DNA of 64,000 bases from a virus: positions 10,182-74,181 of the IMG/VR virus record IMGVR_UViG_3300035189_000005. One strand, 5' to 3'. The number at the start of each line of letters is the position of its first letter. Within the stretch, counting starts at the first letter, position 1. Below the pieces are notes generated by a model. It made no database searches, was not told the DNA's origin, and was given only the letters and a program-made list of their open reading frames with translations. Positions 1 through 8,478 of the stretch are shown here, in pieces. The translations under genes and the position numbers were made by a program.

Positions 1-2415
1 AGCGGCCAGTTGGTTCAGGTTCAGGTACTTGGCCCAAGGCGATGCAGCCATATCCCGAGGGATACTATACGTCTGCGGGCTGCGCTTGACTTTGCTTGCA
101 ATGACGTAAGACTTAGGCAAACGTTCCCTCACGACACGTTCAGACCTTTCGCTGCTGTCCTTGAAGAACTTCAGCAACATCTGAGTGTCAGCCGAGACCG
201 AGAAACGCAATCCGAGATCCTTGACCAGATCTTCATGACCCACAGCAGCTTCAAGCAACTTGGCTGCATTGGTCTCCAGATTGGAATGGCTTTCATAACT
301 TTCCAAGTGCCGGTTAAACGCCAACCAACGTGGGAAGTCCTTAGCCGTGGAAAGCTTGTCATCCACATGCTGATAGATGTAAGTCTTCAACTCGGGTACT
401 CCTTTTTTAGTCAGGACTTCAGCCTGCATGGAAGTTACGACAGCAATTTGCTTGCCGAACATTTTGTAAGCGAGTAAGGATGCTACATCGCTCATATCAG
501 TGAGGCGCTCTGCCCCTTGTACTTTGGTTCGGCACGCAGTCCAAGCAATCGGTTTCAAGACCGATTCTTCTGGCTTGCCATGCTCACGAGCATGACTGAG
601 CAGGAAAGACCCATCTTCTGGGTTATATGCATCAGCCAGAGTCAGATAACCCTTACGCTTTGGCTTTGGTGGTTTAGGTGCCGCAGGAACAGCATCAGGA
701 TCGACCAACTTTTCAGCACGGGGTTTTGCTTCCAATCCATACTCATGGATCTCGAACCCAGCATCTGCAAAAGTCTTGCGAATGCTGTCATGGTTCTTTG
801 GATGGGCGGGCATCATGTAGATGTACCAGCCACCCAAGTGAGACACGTCATAACGCAGCATGTGATACAGCCGCTCATGGATTGCAGTCTTGTTACGAAC
901 CAACAGTACCTTTGGTTCCATCCAATCAAGTGCATCTTGAATATCGCCCACTACCAAGTTCTTGGTAGGAGTTAACTGGATGTTGCCAAATGACACATTC
1001 TTACGCTGAGCTACACCGAACCTATCCGGGCTGATGTTCTCATTTGCCAATACCTTTGCCTTGACGGGCAAAACGTAAAAACGTTGAATCAACGATTCCA
1101 CACTTCGCCATATTTGGTTATGGCGATGAGTCCTCCTGCTGTGTGTGTGCCAATGAACGGACATTTCATGCATCAATTTCTTGACATATTTAATGTCATA
1201 CGAATTCAGATCACCGTTACTGACCCAATGGCGAAGACGTTTCAACATCATCGTCATAGGATCAACACCACTCTCCGAACGTTCACGGTGCAGAATGCTA
1301 CTAATAGACGCACGACGCACAGTGTATGCAAATGGCCCACTCTCGTGGTCATCGCCCATGAATGGGAAACGAATACGAGATACATCTAGACCATTTGTGA
1401 TGGTATTAGGAACCCTGGCCAGATCTTGCAGTTTGACTGCTTGGTTCACCCTCCAACGCATAACCTCCTTCGTTGATTTGTTTGCCCGTGTGATTTCTCC
1501 CACGTTGAACTTTGCCAGTAACGACTTGATTGTCGCCACTGTTCCTTCAGTCAAGATTAACGATTCACGGGATGGCTGAATCGATACGCTGTCTGGCGGG
1601 CAGGCGAAGATGATGTTGGCCGAGTTCCACAAATTACCGATGGCTGTATCAACTCGGTCCCAGTCTTCTATGTAAGATGCATCCCGTGGAATTGGGTACA
1701 CCACATTGCCGTATCGCACATTGATGCGAGTTGTCAGGGTGCCATCGAAGGAGTTGATAATGTAGCCAGTTGGACTAGCTGACAGAGGCAATACTTCAAT
1801 TGGCTTTTGCCCGTTGATGCTGACTGGGATTTCACCCAGAGTTGCGACTTCCTTCACGAGATCCAGGAAGTTATCACGGTCCCTAGGCTTCAATGCCATG
1901 GTGACGGTTATGCCACTTTCTTCCGTTGGCAAGCTGATGATCTTGTTGATCGCTGGCTTGCCGCCCTTCGCCATGGATGACTTGGAGATACGGTAAATGG
2001 TCTTGACGCCTGCGTGACAACTGATGACTTCGAAGTTGTCCGTGTAGGCGAACGGTGCTTTGGAACCAAGACCGAAACCACCAGTGACTGTTGAGTCGTC
2101 ACGCTTGGTGGAGTTGCCATAGGTCCCATAGATCTCACCGATCTTTTCATGCGGGATGCCGAGACCACTGTCCTTGATGGAGATCTCGGTGTCACTGATG
2201 GTGATCATCAGTGGTTTGTCCGTGGTCCCGGCAGAGATATTGCCGTCCCAACCGTTGCACATGATCTCACGCACTGCGGCTAGTTTCGGGTAGGTGTACA
2301 GGGCAGTAGAGAGGATGTGCATCAGCGCAGAGCTGTCACTCACACCCATCTCAACCGTTTCTTGGTTGCCGATCACTGCGTGAGTGATTTGGTCGGACTG
2401 CTGGCTGACTTGCAT
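1..2415 (-). CDS. rIIA: rIIA-like protein with N-terminal HSP90-type (GHKL) ATPase domain; runs off the window start
   Basis: Manual translation from ATG 2415: MQVSQQSDQITHAVIGNQETVEMGVSDSSALMHILSTALYTYPKLAAVREIMCNGWD...IKDSGLGI...YGNSTKRDD...GGFGLGSKAPFAYTDNF. Absent from the ORF track, consistent with no stop inside the window. SD AAGGAG upstream. Confidence 0.88.
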   Translation of the reverse strand, partial: MQVSQQSDQITHAVIGNQETVEMGVSDSSALMHILSTALYTYPKLAAVREIMCNGWDGNISAGTTDKPLMITISDTEISIKDSGLGIPHEKIGEIYGTYGNSTKRDDSTVTGGFGLGSKAPFAYTDNFEVISCHAGVKTIYRISKSSMAKGGKPAINKIISLPTEESGITVTMALKPRDRDNFLDLVKEVATLGEIPVSINGQKPIEVLPLSASPTGYIINSFDGTLTTRINVRYGNVVYPIPRDASYIEDWDRVDTAIGNLWNSANIIFACPPDSVSIQPSRESLILTEGTVATIKSLLAKFNVGEITRANKSTKEVMRWRVNQAVKLQDLARVPNTITNGLDVSRIRFPFMGDDHESGPFAYTVRRASISSILHRERSESGVDPMTMMLKRLRHWVSNGDLNSYDIKYVKKLMHEMSVHWHTHSRRTHRHNQIWRSVESLIQRFYVLPVKAKVLANENISPDRFGVAQRKNVSFGNIQLTPTKNLVVGDIQDALDWMEPKVLLVRNKTAIHERLYHMLRYDVSHLGGWYIYMMPAHPKNHDSIRKTFADAGFEIHEYGLEAKPRAEKLVDPDAVPAAPKPPKPKRKGYLTLADAYNPEDGSFLLSHAREHGKPEESVLKPIAWTACRTKVQGAERLTDMSDVASLLAYKMFGKQIAVVTSMQAEVLTKKGVPELKTYIYQHVDDKLSTAKDFPRWLAFNRHLESYESHSNLETNAAKLLEAAVGHEDLVKDLGLRFSVSADTQMLLKFFKDSSERSERVVRERLPKSYVIASKVKRSPQTYSIPRDMAASPWAKYLNLNQLAA

Positions 2416-2430
2416 GGACTTACTCCTTAA

Positions 2431-2682
2431 TTAGAAAGGGGAATCTTCTTCGCCCAGCAACTTCTCGATTGAGTTGGGGCTCACTTCAGGTTCCGGTGGT
2501 GGCTTGGGTTTGAAGGCAGGAAACGATGACATATCGAAAGTCTCCGCTGGATACTCCTTCACCTTCTTTTTCTTGGGTCGATAACTATCTCGACCATAAC
2601 GGGGAATCGACGTATAAGCGCCTCGACCTTCAAACAGATCATCGAGCATGCGGTCGATAGCGTCATCTGCCATCTCGCCCAT
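2431..2682 (-). CDS. hypothetical protein (83 aa)
   Basis: Tightly packed ORF in the - strand operon; MGEMADD-type start common in phage small proteins. Confidence 0.7.
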   Translation of the reverse strand: MGEMADDAIDRMLDDLFEGRGAYTSIPRYGRDSYRPKKKKVKEYPAETFDMSSFPAFKPKPPPEPEVSPNSIEKLLGEEDSPF

Positions 2683-2685
2683 GAC

Positions 2686-2922
2686 CTACTCCTTGATCTC
2701 TTTCAGATCACGCAGAGGGTGGGTGAAGAATGGGTAAGTCCCATCCGGCTTCAGACTGACACTGACAAACTGATGCCCATGAGCACGGGTGTCATCACGA
2801 GCACCGCCGTAGTCACATTGAGTGCAGGCATAGACAGTTGTGCCGATGACCGCTTCAGGTTCCAGCGAACTGCTGGTCTTCATTTCGAACTTGCGTACCA
2901 TGTAATTTCTCCTTTGGTTCAA
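2686..2922 (-). CDS. hypothetical protein (start may be 2901)
   Basis: Operon packing; AGGAG SD upstream of MVRKFEM. Confidence 0.7.
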   Translation of the reverse strand: MNQRRNYMVRKFEMKTSSSLEPEAVIGTTVYACTQCDYGGARDDTRAHGHQFVSVSLKPDGTYPFFTHPLRDLKEIKE

Positions 2923-2972
2923 GAGTTGAATACCCCCTCATTGCTGAAGGGGCAGTAGCCACAAAAACGATA

Positions 2973-3890
2973 TCAACGGGTGGTCACGTTCTCGCCGACA
3001 AGAAGCTTGCGGTGTTGAATCCAGCCGGATAGGTTGCCGTGCAGTTCAGGATTTTCCCAACCGCTATACAGATCCCGATCTTCTGGGCAGTAAATGTCTG
3101 GACGTGCTTGGTGCTCAGTCGGACTGGCGTGCAGTGGATTGGAGCCTACCAAACGATTGAACAGTTCCAGGTCCCCATCGATAGTTGGATTGAGCTTGTC
3201 GTGGGTCAGATAGCTGGTACGGGCACAACGGGCTGTGGACATCTTGATCAGCACGTTGTAAACCTCAACCGGCTTTGGCATGTCACGAGTGATGCGCCCC
3301 ACTTGCAACATTCGCTCGACAACTGCGTACTCAACGTCCACGTCGATGAAAGGTAAATGCCATTGACCGGGTTGCAGCAACACGGGTTGGTTGGTGTCCA
3401 GCTCTTCCTTGATTTGCCGGGCCAACTCGGCAATCTCAGGTTGAGCATCCGGGTGATCACGCAGGTGCAGGAAGTTATTCCACTCAGTGGCAGTTACCAC
3501 CACAGTGATATGAGCCCATGGCTCAATGACTCGGTTCACAATCTGCTTGTGCAAGCCCAGGTCATTCAGCATCTGCGCTGTGTTTACAGCTTTCTGCATG
3601 CCATCCAACCACACACGCATGGCTTCGCGTTGCTGATCGATGGACAGCTCGTGAGCTGCTTGCATGCCTTTCTGGTTCATGCCCCAGTAAATCGGCATGG
3701 CCGGGTCATCAATGACCGCTTGGATCATCTTCTCGACCGGAATGGCACGACTGGAACTGGCGTTGCGGGAGAACACACGGTGAGTCATGAACTCAGCGTG
3801 GACGAAGCGAGGGTAACGCAACAGCATGGTGGTCAAGCGTTTGCCTGCCGGGCTGATGCTGTCAGCAATGGTCTGTGTGGAGATAGTCAC
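2973..3890 (-). CDS. thyX: FAD-dependent thymidylate synthase (ThyX/Thy1)
   Basis: Motifs RFVHAEFMTHRVFSRNASSSRAIP, HKQIVNRVIEPW, LHASPTEHQA. Confidence 0.93.
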   Translation of the reverse strand: MTISTQTIADSISPAGKRLTTMLLRYPRFVHAEFMTHRVFSRNASSSRAIPVEKMIQAVIDDPAMPIYWGMNQKGMQAAHELSIDQQREAMRVWLDGMQKAVNTAQMLNDLGLHKQIVNRVIEPWAHITVVVTATEWNNFLHLRDHPDAQPEIAELARQIKEELDTNQPVLLQPGQWHLPFIDVDVEYAVVERMLQVGRITRDMPKPVEVYNVLIKMSTARCARTSYLTHDKLNPTIDGDLELFNRLVGSNPLHASPTEHQARPDIYCPEDRDLYSGWENPELHGNLSGWIQHRKLLVGENVTTR

Positions 3891-3927
3891 GATGGACTCC
3901 TTGGTTGATGAAAAAATTCAAGACAAT

Positions 3928-3959
3928 AAAAAATCCCCCTCACTTAGAGGGGGATTTTT
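3928..3959. terminator. intrinsic terminator, probably bidirectional
   Basis: AAAAAATCCCCCT-CACTTAG-AGGGGGATTTTT hairpin flanked by A and T tracts. Confidence 0.85.
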
Positions 3960-3984
3960 CGTAGCAGGCCAGGCCGAATGTGGT

Positions 3985-4293
3985 TTAGCTCAGGAAGAGA
4001 CTGACCGTACTGCCGGTCGTGCCCTGGGCCACCTCGTCGGCGGAAGCTTGCAGGTAATCATGGCTATCTTTCATGAGACCGACGACACGGGATTGTCCCG
4101 TTCGCTCGGCCTCGGCCATGTAGGCCTGCTTGACCGCGAAGTCAGCGGTACTGGCGCCGTAGGCACCCAGGTCGGCGACGATGTGGCGGAGGGTGTGGCC
4201 GTAGTGGACCGGATCGGTTGCAGCGTATGCGAAGGAGCCGAAGCAGGCAGCAACTGCCAGACAACAGTAACGGAGTACGCGAGAGATCATCAT
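3985..4293 (-). CDS. hypothetical exported protein with signal-peptide-like N-terminus
   Basis: MISRVLRYCCLAVAACFGSFAYA|A, with an AxA cleavage motif; SD GAGG. Confidence 0.65.
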   Translation of the reverse strand: MMISRVLRYCCLAVAACFGSFAYAATDPVHYGHTLRHIVADLGAYGASTADFAVKQAYMAEAERTGQSRVVGLMKDSHDYLQASADEVAQGTTGSTVSLFLS

Positions 4294-4374
4294 GATCTTT
4301 TTCCTCTTGGTTCAGTGGGTTGGTATTGCAAGGAGGGACAGTATGCCCCTCAGTTTACATCTAACGCAACGCTG

Positions 4375-4836
4375 TCAGTGCAGCTTGCCGCGCTTTACTT
4401 CAACGACTTGCACGCCCAGGGCTTCCAGCAGGCCACGGAGAGCCGGAGGAACTGGTGGGTGTACTTCGCCGCAGTCCGGGCAACGCTCATCGGCAGGAGC
4501 TTCAGCAGCTTGCCGTGGAGCTTGAGCAGCAGTGTCCTCGATCTCGGTGCCGAAATTCAGCAGCCAAGAGTTTCGGCCATCGTGATTGGCCGGGAGCTGA
4601 TTGATCAGGCCTTCAGCCCAACGGATTGCTTCCCGCTCTTTGCTGAGCTTGGCCGAATTAGCTTCGGCTTTGGCAGGTTGCAGGGGTTCCAGCAGGGTAG
4701 CGATGGCAGTAGTCACCAGCTTGAGGGTGCCGGTTTCGTTGGCGGCATACAGGGCTTGAACCAAAGGGGCCAAGTTGGCCGCTTCTTGTGCACCGAACAG
4801 GTCATCTTCGTTATAGGACATTGGATGTATCTCCAT
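4375..4836 (-). CDS. hypothetical protein with C-terminal CPDCGEVH Zn-binding motif
   Basis: ORF track; phage-like codon usage. Confidence 0.7.
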   Translation of the reverse strand: MEIHPMSYNEDDLFGAQEAANLAPLVQALYAANETGTLKLVTTAIATLLEPLQPAKAEANSAKLSKEREAIRWAEGLINQLPANHDGRNSWLLNFGTEIEDTAAQAPRQAAEAPADERCPDCGEVHPPVPPALRGLLEALGVQVVEVKRGKLH

Positions 4837-4914
4837 GGTTTAGGGTTATTTACGGGGCAGATAACCCCCAAGAAAGCAATCGGAGTATGCCTCCCCGATT
4901 GCTCAGGGAGGGCG

Positions 4915-5358
4915 TTACTTGAGGCATTCCTTCAGCTCACTGATGAGTGCGGTGTCCACAGCCATCAGGGGAACCCGACGACCAGTAACCAAGCTGGTCA
5001 GTTTGATGTTGGTATGACGGGCATTTTCAGCGATCTTCTCGGCCAGATCCTGAAGTTCTTTGACTTCTTCAGGGTTCATGCCATGGATCAGGTGAACGAT
5101 TTCTTCCAGCTCTTCATCGTGACGAAGGTGGATCACATCGTCATCGATTTCATGGGCTTTCAGTTCTTCAGTCAGAGCATGGATCTCCTTGTGCATGCTC
5201 TCCACTTCACCCCACAGCTTGGAGAAGTTCTGGCTACGAGCAGTGTTTTGGGAACACAACCGTAACCGATTCTTCACTTCATCCAGCTTGCTAATGAGGC
5301 TGTTCACATCCACCTCATAAACACCAGTCAATTGCATTTTCTCACTCATTTTGCTCAC
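4915..5358 (-). CDS. hypothetical coiled-coil protein
   Basis: ORF in operon; overlaps its upstream neighbour. Confidence 0.7.
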   Translation of the reverse strand: MSKMSEKMQLTGVYEVDVNSLISKLDEVKNRLRLCSQNTARSQNFSKLWGEVESMHKEIHALTEELKAHEIDDDVIHLRHDEELEEIVHLIHGMNPEEVKELQDLAEKIAENARHTNIKLTSLVTGRRVPLMAVDTALISELKECLK

Positions 5359-5560
5359 CTTCAGCCAGTTGTTTGATCAATCGCCTGTTCTTTCGAGTCC
5401 TGCACCTTCCCCGACAATACACATGCTTCGCATTGGTGGAATGGAAGAACTCACCACACTCAAGGCACTCCTTGAGCTTGCTCCCACACATGACACATCG
5501 CTTCATGGAGCCTCTCCCTGAGAACCCGCCACTCAGGTATACGCCCTTGCCGCTAAGCAC
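5342..5560 (-). CDS. small Cys-rich Zn-finger protein (start probably MKRCVMC)
   Basis: CxxC, CxxC and YCxxxC motifs. Confidence 0.6.
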   Translation of the reverse strand: MLSGKGVYLSGGFSGRGSMKRCVMCGSKLKECLECGEFFHSTNAKHVYCRGRCRTRKNRRLIKQLAEGEQNE

Positions 5561-5677
5561 GTAAACGTCGGCTGTAACGGTTGATCGTCACATTTTCTGG
5601 GAGCTGATCTGGGCCGGATTTTTAGGAGGAATATCAGTTGGCGGTATTCCTAAATCTATCCGGTGTAGGTGAACAAA

Positions 5678-6475
5678 ATGACTGATGTAATCGAAATGGT
5701 AGGCGGTGGCGGTATGGGCGCAGGTGGCATTGGCCTGGGTGCAGGTCTTGGTGGTGGTTTGCTCGGCGGTATCCTCGCGGGTGCTCTGTTCGGTCGCAAT
5801 GGCGGCGGGTTGTTTGGCGGTAACGGCGATGGTGCCGGGGCAGGTGCAGCCGTGAGTCTCCAAAATTCCATCGACACCTCGACCATCATGACCGCTCTGG
5901 GCAACATCCAGGCAGCTGTTCCACTGGCCGAATCGCAAGTGCAACTGGCTCTGGCCGGTGTGCAAAGCGATCTGTCGAGCCAAGCCCTGAACCAGACCAT
6001 TGCTCTGCAAGCCCAAGGCTTCAACTCGCAATTGGCTTCCCAGGCTGGCTTCAACAGCGTCGGCGACAAGGTTGACAACCTCGCTGCTGCCAACGCCCTG
6101 GCTATCGCCACCAACCAGTTCAACTGCGTGACTGCCACGCAGGTTGATGGCGAGAAGACTCGTGCACTGATCAACTCGATCAACGAGTCGAACCTGAACC
6201 GCATCATCACCACCCAAGCTGCTGAGATCGCTGCTCTGCAAAACGAGGGTGCTCGTGCCTCCGACCGTCATGGTGTGGAAGTGACCATGATCAACAACCA
6301 GAACCAAAACCAGATGCAATTCCAGCAACAGGCTCAGGTTCTGAACACCTTGGCACACGTCCTGGCTGATGTTAGCCAAGTGGCTCGTGCTACCAACTCG
6401 AACGTTATCGTGGGCAACACTGGTGCCAGCACTACCGGCGCACAGACTGCCTCTCCGACCAACGTACGGGCGTAA
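5678..6475 (+). CDS. glycine-zipper / Q-N-A-rich coiled-coil protein, inverted relative to neighbours
   Basis: Strong codon bias, SD-like AGGTG before ATG 5678, GGGxGxG membrane segment, DGEKTRALI motif. Confidence 0.85.
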   Translation: MTDVIEMVGGGGMGAGGIGLGAGLGGGLLGGILAGALFGRNGGGLFGGNGDGAGAGAAVSLQNSIDTSTIMTALGNIQAAVPLAESQVQLALAGVQSDLSSQALNQTIALQAQGFNSQLASQAGFNSVGDKVDNLAAANALAIATNQFNCVTATQVDGEKTRALINSINESNLNRIITTQAAEIAALQNEGARASDRHGVEVTMINNQNQNQMQFQQQAQVLNTLAHVLADVSQVARATNSNVIVGNTGASTTGAQTASPTNVRA

Positions 6476-6493
6476 CCCTGGGGGAATGTCGCG

Positions 6494-6811
6494 ATGAACC
6501 AGCTCCAGCAAGTGTCGAACATGTTGCAGAGTTATCAGGCTGAGATGAACAAAATGCAACAGTACATCAACAGCATTGGTAAAGCTTCTGCCCCTGTTGC
6601 CGCACAGCCTGCTGATACCGGCCTTACTGCTGGCCTCGGTGAACCGGACCAATTGACTACGGAGCAGCACAAAATGCTTCTAGGTCTGTTCAAGTCCTTC
6701 ATCAGTGACAGCAAGCGGGATGGTGCGCAGGAGCTTACGGCTGGGCTGACCAAGTTTGGTCGGTTTGCCCAGTCGGAGTTCGACAAATTAACGGCTAAAC
6801 CCCAAGCGTAA
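6494..6811 (+). CDS. hypothetical partner protein (105 aa)
   Basis: GGGGG SD; follows the previous gene; ends at a terminator. Confidence 0.8.
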   Translation: MNQLQQVSNMLQSYQAEMNKMQQYINSIGKASAPVAAQPADTGLTAGLGEPDQLTTEQHKMLLGLFKSFISDSKRDGAQELTAGLTKFGRFAQSEFDKLTAKPQA

Positions 6812-6838
6812 AAAGAAGGCCCCCACAAGGGGCCTTCC
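6810..6838. terminator. terminator between convergent genes
   Basis: AAAAA-GAAGGCCCC-ACAA-GGGGCCTTC hairpin. Confidence 0.75.
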
Positions 6839-7051
6839 TCATTTCAGCATGTTGGACATCCAAGACTGGAAGTTCTCTTCCGAGACTACCTGTCCTTCGC
6901 AGTTCTCTATCATGTAACCGACGAACCGTTCCCAGATCTCCATATCCTTGACCTTCTGGGTCAACTCGATAATGGTTTTCTTCTGGGCATCATTCATCTG
7001 TTCCAGAGTTCGTTTGACTTCACCAGTTGCCATCTTCCACCTCGTATTCAC
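6839..7051 (-). CDS. hypothetical protein
   Basis: ORF track; overlaps its upstream neighbour. Confidence 0.65.
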   Translation of the reverse strand: MNTRWKMATGEVKRTLEQMNDAQKKTIIELTQKVKDMEIWERFVGYMIENCEGQVVSEENFQSWMSNMLK

Positions 7052-7229
7052 CTAGGGCCAAACGGATCAATTCCCTTGGCCGTTGAGAGTAACGGATCAT
7101 TTTCAGCCCCGGCTTACTTCCCTCGGGTGCGATCTTGATCAATCCCTTTACCACTTGGATCACGTCTTTGCTTCGCCGATGAACAGCGAGAGTCAATGCC
7201 AGACGAAGCATGATGTCATTGGGGGTCAT
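7020..7229 (-). CDS. hypothetical protein (MTPNDIMLRL...)
   Basis: SD GAGGG before ATG 7229. Confidence 0.6.
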   Translation of the reverse strand: MTPNDIMLRLALTLAVHRRSKDVIQVVKGLIKIAPEGSKPGLKMIRYSQRPRELIRLALGEYEVEDGNW

Positions 7230-7374
7230 TTGACAGCCCTCAGTTTGTTGCCCTTTTTGAGCCATACGGCAACAAGTTTGGCCTGTGTTTTGTGAACTAC
7301 ATACCATTCATTGCTGTATGTAGGTAGTTGGCTTAGTCGCATACGGCAATTATCAATTGCCTGTTCCAAGGTAA

Positions 7375-7680
7375 TCATTTGAGTTTCCCCCACTTACCCC
7401 GTGGACCTTTAGGGCCTTTGATCCTATCTGGCGATATTTCAGACTCAAACTGACTTACGCCCAAATGGTGCATAAGTACCCCCAATTGGCTCAGTGTTTT
7501 ACCACTACCTCGTTCGGACAACTTTTCCCACTCATCAAAGATGAGTGAGTCTACTTTATGGGCAGGAGGCAATTGCTCAGTATCTCCTGTGTAAAACAAC
7601 ACTTGTTCGTGGAGACTGATCTTGAGTCTCTCCAATATAGCCGGGCTCATTGACCCAGTTACTAATACGATTGTTCGCAT
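7375..7680 (-). CDS. hypothetical protein (MRTIVLVTG...)
   Basis: SD GGAG before ATG 7680. Confidence 0.65.
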   Translation of the reverse strand: MRTIVLVTGSMSPAILERLKISLHEQVLFYTGDTEQLPPAHKVDSLIFDEWEKLSERGSGKTLSQLGVLMHHLGVSQFESEISPDRIKGPKGPRGKWGKLK

Positions 7681-7693
7681 ACTGTTCTCCAAT

Positions 7694-7719
7694 AAAAAGA
7701 GGCCCACCGAAGTGGGCCT
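7694..7719 (-). terminator. intrinsic terminator closing the ncRNA array
   Basis: Minus strand AGGCCCAC-TTCG-GTGGGCCT-CTTTTT. Confidence 0.85.
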
Positions 7720-7736
7720 AAAGGTCGGGAAAAATT

Positions 7737-7908
7737 CGGTGTATTGGTTGGATAACTTCACATTACGGAATCGAACCGTAGTTTCCAGTGCTTCGCTCTC
7801 AGAGGCCCTAACCTTACTCGCCAATATCAGCTTTCCTGGTGAGAACATGTAACTACTGGCTGTCGTACTTGCCACTATACGAATGAAAAGTTACCCACCA
7901 ATACACCG
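7737..7908 (-). ncRNA. tRNA-like RNA A: 15-bp acceptor stem ending ACCA, D arm, T arm, ~65-nt insert in anticodon arm
   Basis: D arm CGUA-UAGUGGCAAG-UACG; T arm UACGG-UUCGAUU-CCGUA; closing helix with G:U pairs only on the minus strand. Confidence 0.75.
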
Positions 7909-7975
7909 TTGCTGCTAGTCCCCGGTGCACTGGGTACGTCAATTAAAGCCCGGACGCACACGGTCTATTCTTTTA

Positions 7976-8122
7976 ATGCATTGGTTGGATGTCCTAACGG
8001 GCAATCTTCGTGCGTTGACTGGTAGCTAAACACAAGTCTTCACCTGCGCCTATTGAACTATTCAATCCCCCAGAGAGCTTTCCCTATCCTTGGCCTTCGG
8101 ACCAGGACATCCACCAATGCAT
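7976..8122 (-). ncRNA. structured RNA B sharing the terminal stem/NCCA module, no T-loop
   Basis: AUGCAUUGG-UGGAUGUCCU ... AGGACAUCCA-A-CCAAUGCAU. Confidence 0.65.
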
Positions 8123-8254
8123 CCTCTTCAAAGGACACATTGGGTGAAACGTGAATGCTGAGCGGTTACATGTGGCAACGGCACAGCGCCTTGTCTAATA
8201 CATAGCGATTCTCCTTTGGTTCAACACTTGGAAGGAAGTGTCCACCTATTTGAT

Positions 8255-8340
8255 TGGGCGGGATCTGTCGCATTGGCACAAGGGCCCCACTGCGAAATGT
8301 TGCGGCAAGATTGCAGGTGATGCCTCATCAACCAGATCCC
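8255..8340 (-). ncRNA. tRNA-sized multi-hairpin RNA E
   Basis: GGGAUCUG/CAGAUCCC closing stem followed by GCCCA; internal hairpins UGAUG/CAUCA and UCGCA/UGCGA; AGUUUAU leader like RNA C. Confidence 0.45.
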
Positions 8341-8351
8341 ATAAACTAAGA

Positions 8352-8472
8352 GGGGGAGTAGGGAGTCGAACCCCACTTCCCTGGCCGCTAAGCCAGCTTA
8401 AATGCATAAGTCAACCAGACAGCTACTTCCAGACTATCCATGGTTCGTCTGGACCTCGCTTGCATTCCCCCC
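8352..8472 (-). ncRNA. tRNA-like RNA C with enlarged D-arm region
   Basis: 5' GGGGGGA and 3' GUGGGG-UUCGACU-CCCUAC-UCCCCC; AAUGCA/UGCAUU stem enclosing ~60 nt; CUGGC/GCCAG hairpin. Confidence 0.65.
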
Positions 8473-8478
8473 ATAAAA

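Noticed and set aside
10-2195. Short + and - strand ORFs listed in the track
   Set aside because: They overlap the rIIA-like frame, which the track missed because it has no stop inside the window.
3826-5265. 479-aa plus-strand ORF
   Set aside because: Antisense to three minus-strand genes and crosses a terminator.
8094-8105. CUGGUCCGAAGG in RNA B matches the 5' motif of vertebrate Y RNA
   Set aside because: The complementary UUGAC strand is missing, no Ro/Rsr gene is in the window, and the motif forms a local hairpin; probably chance.
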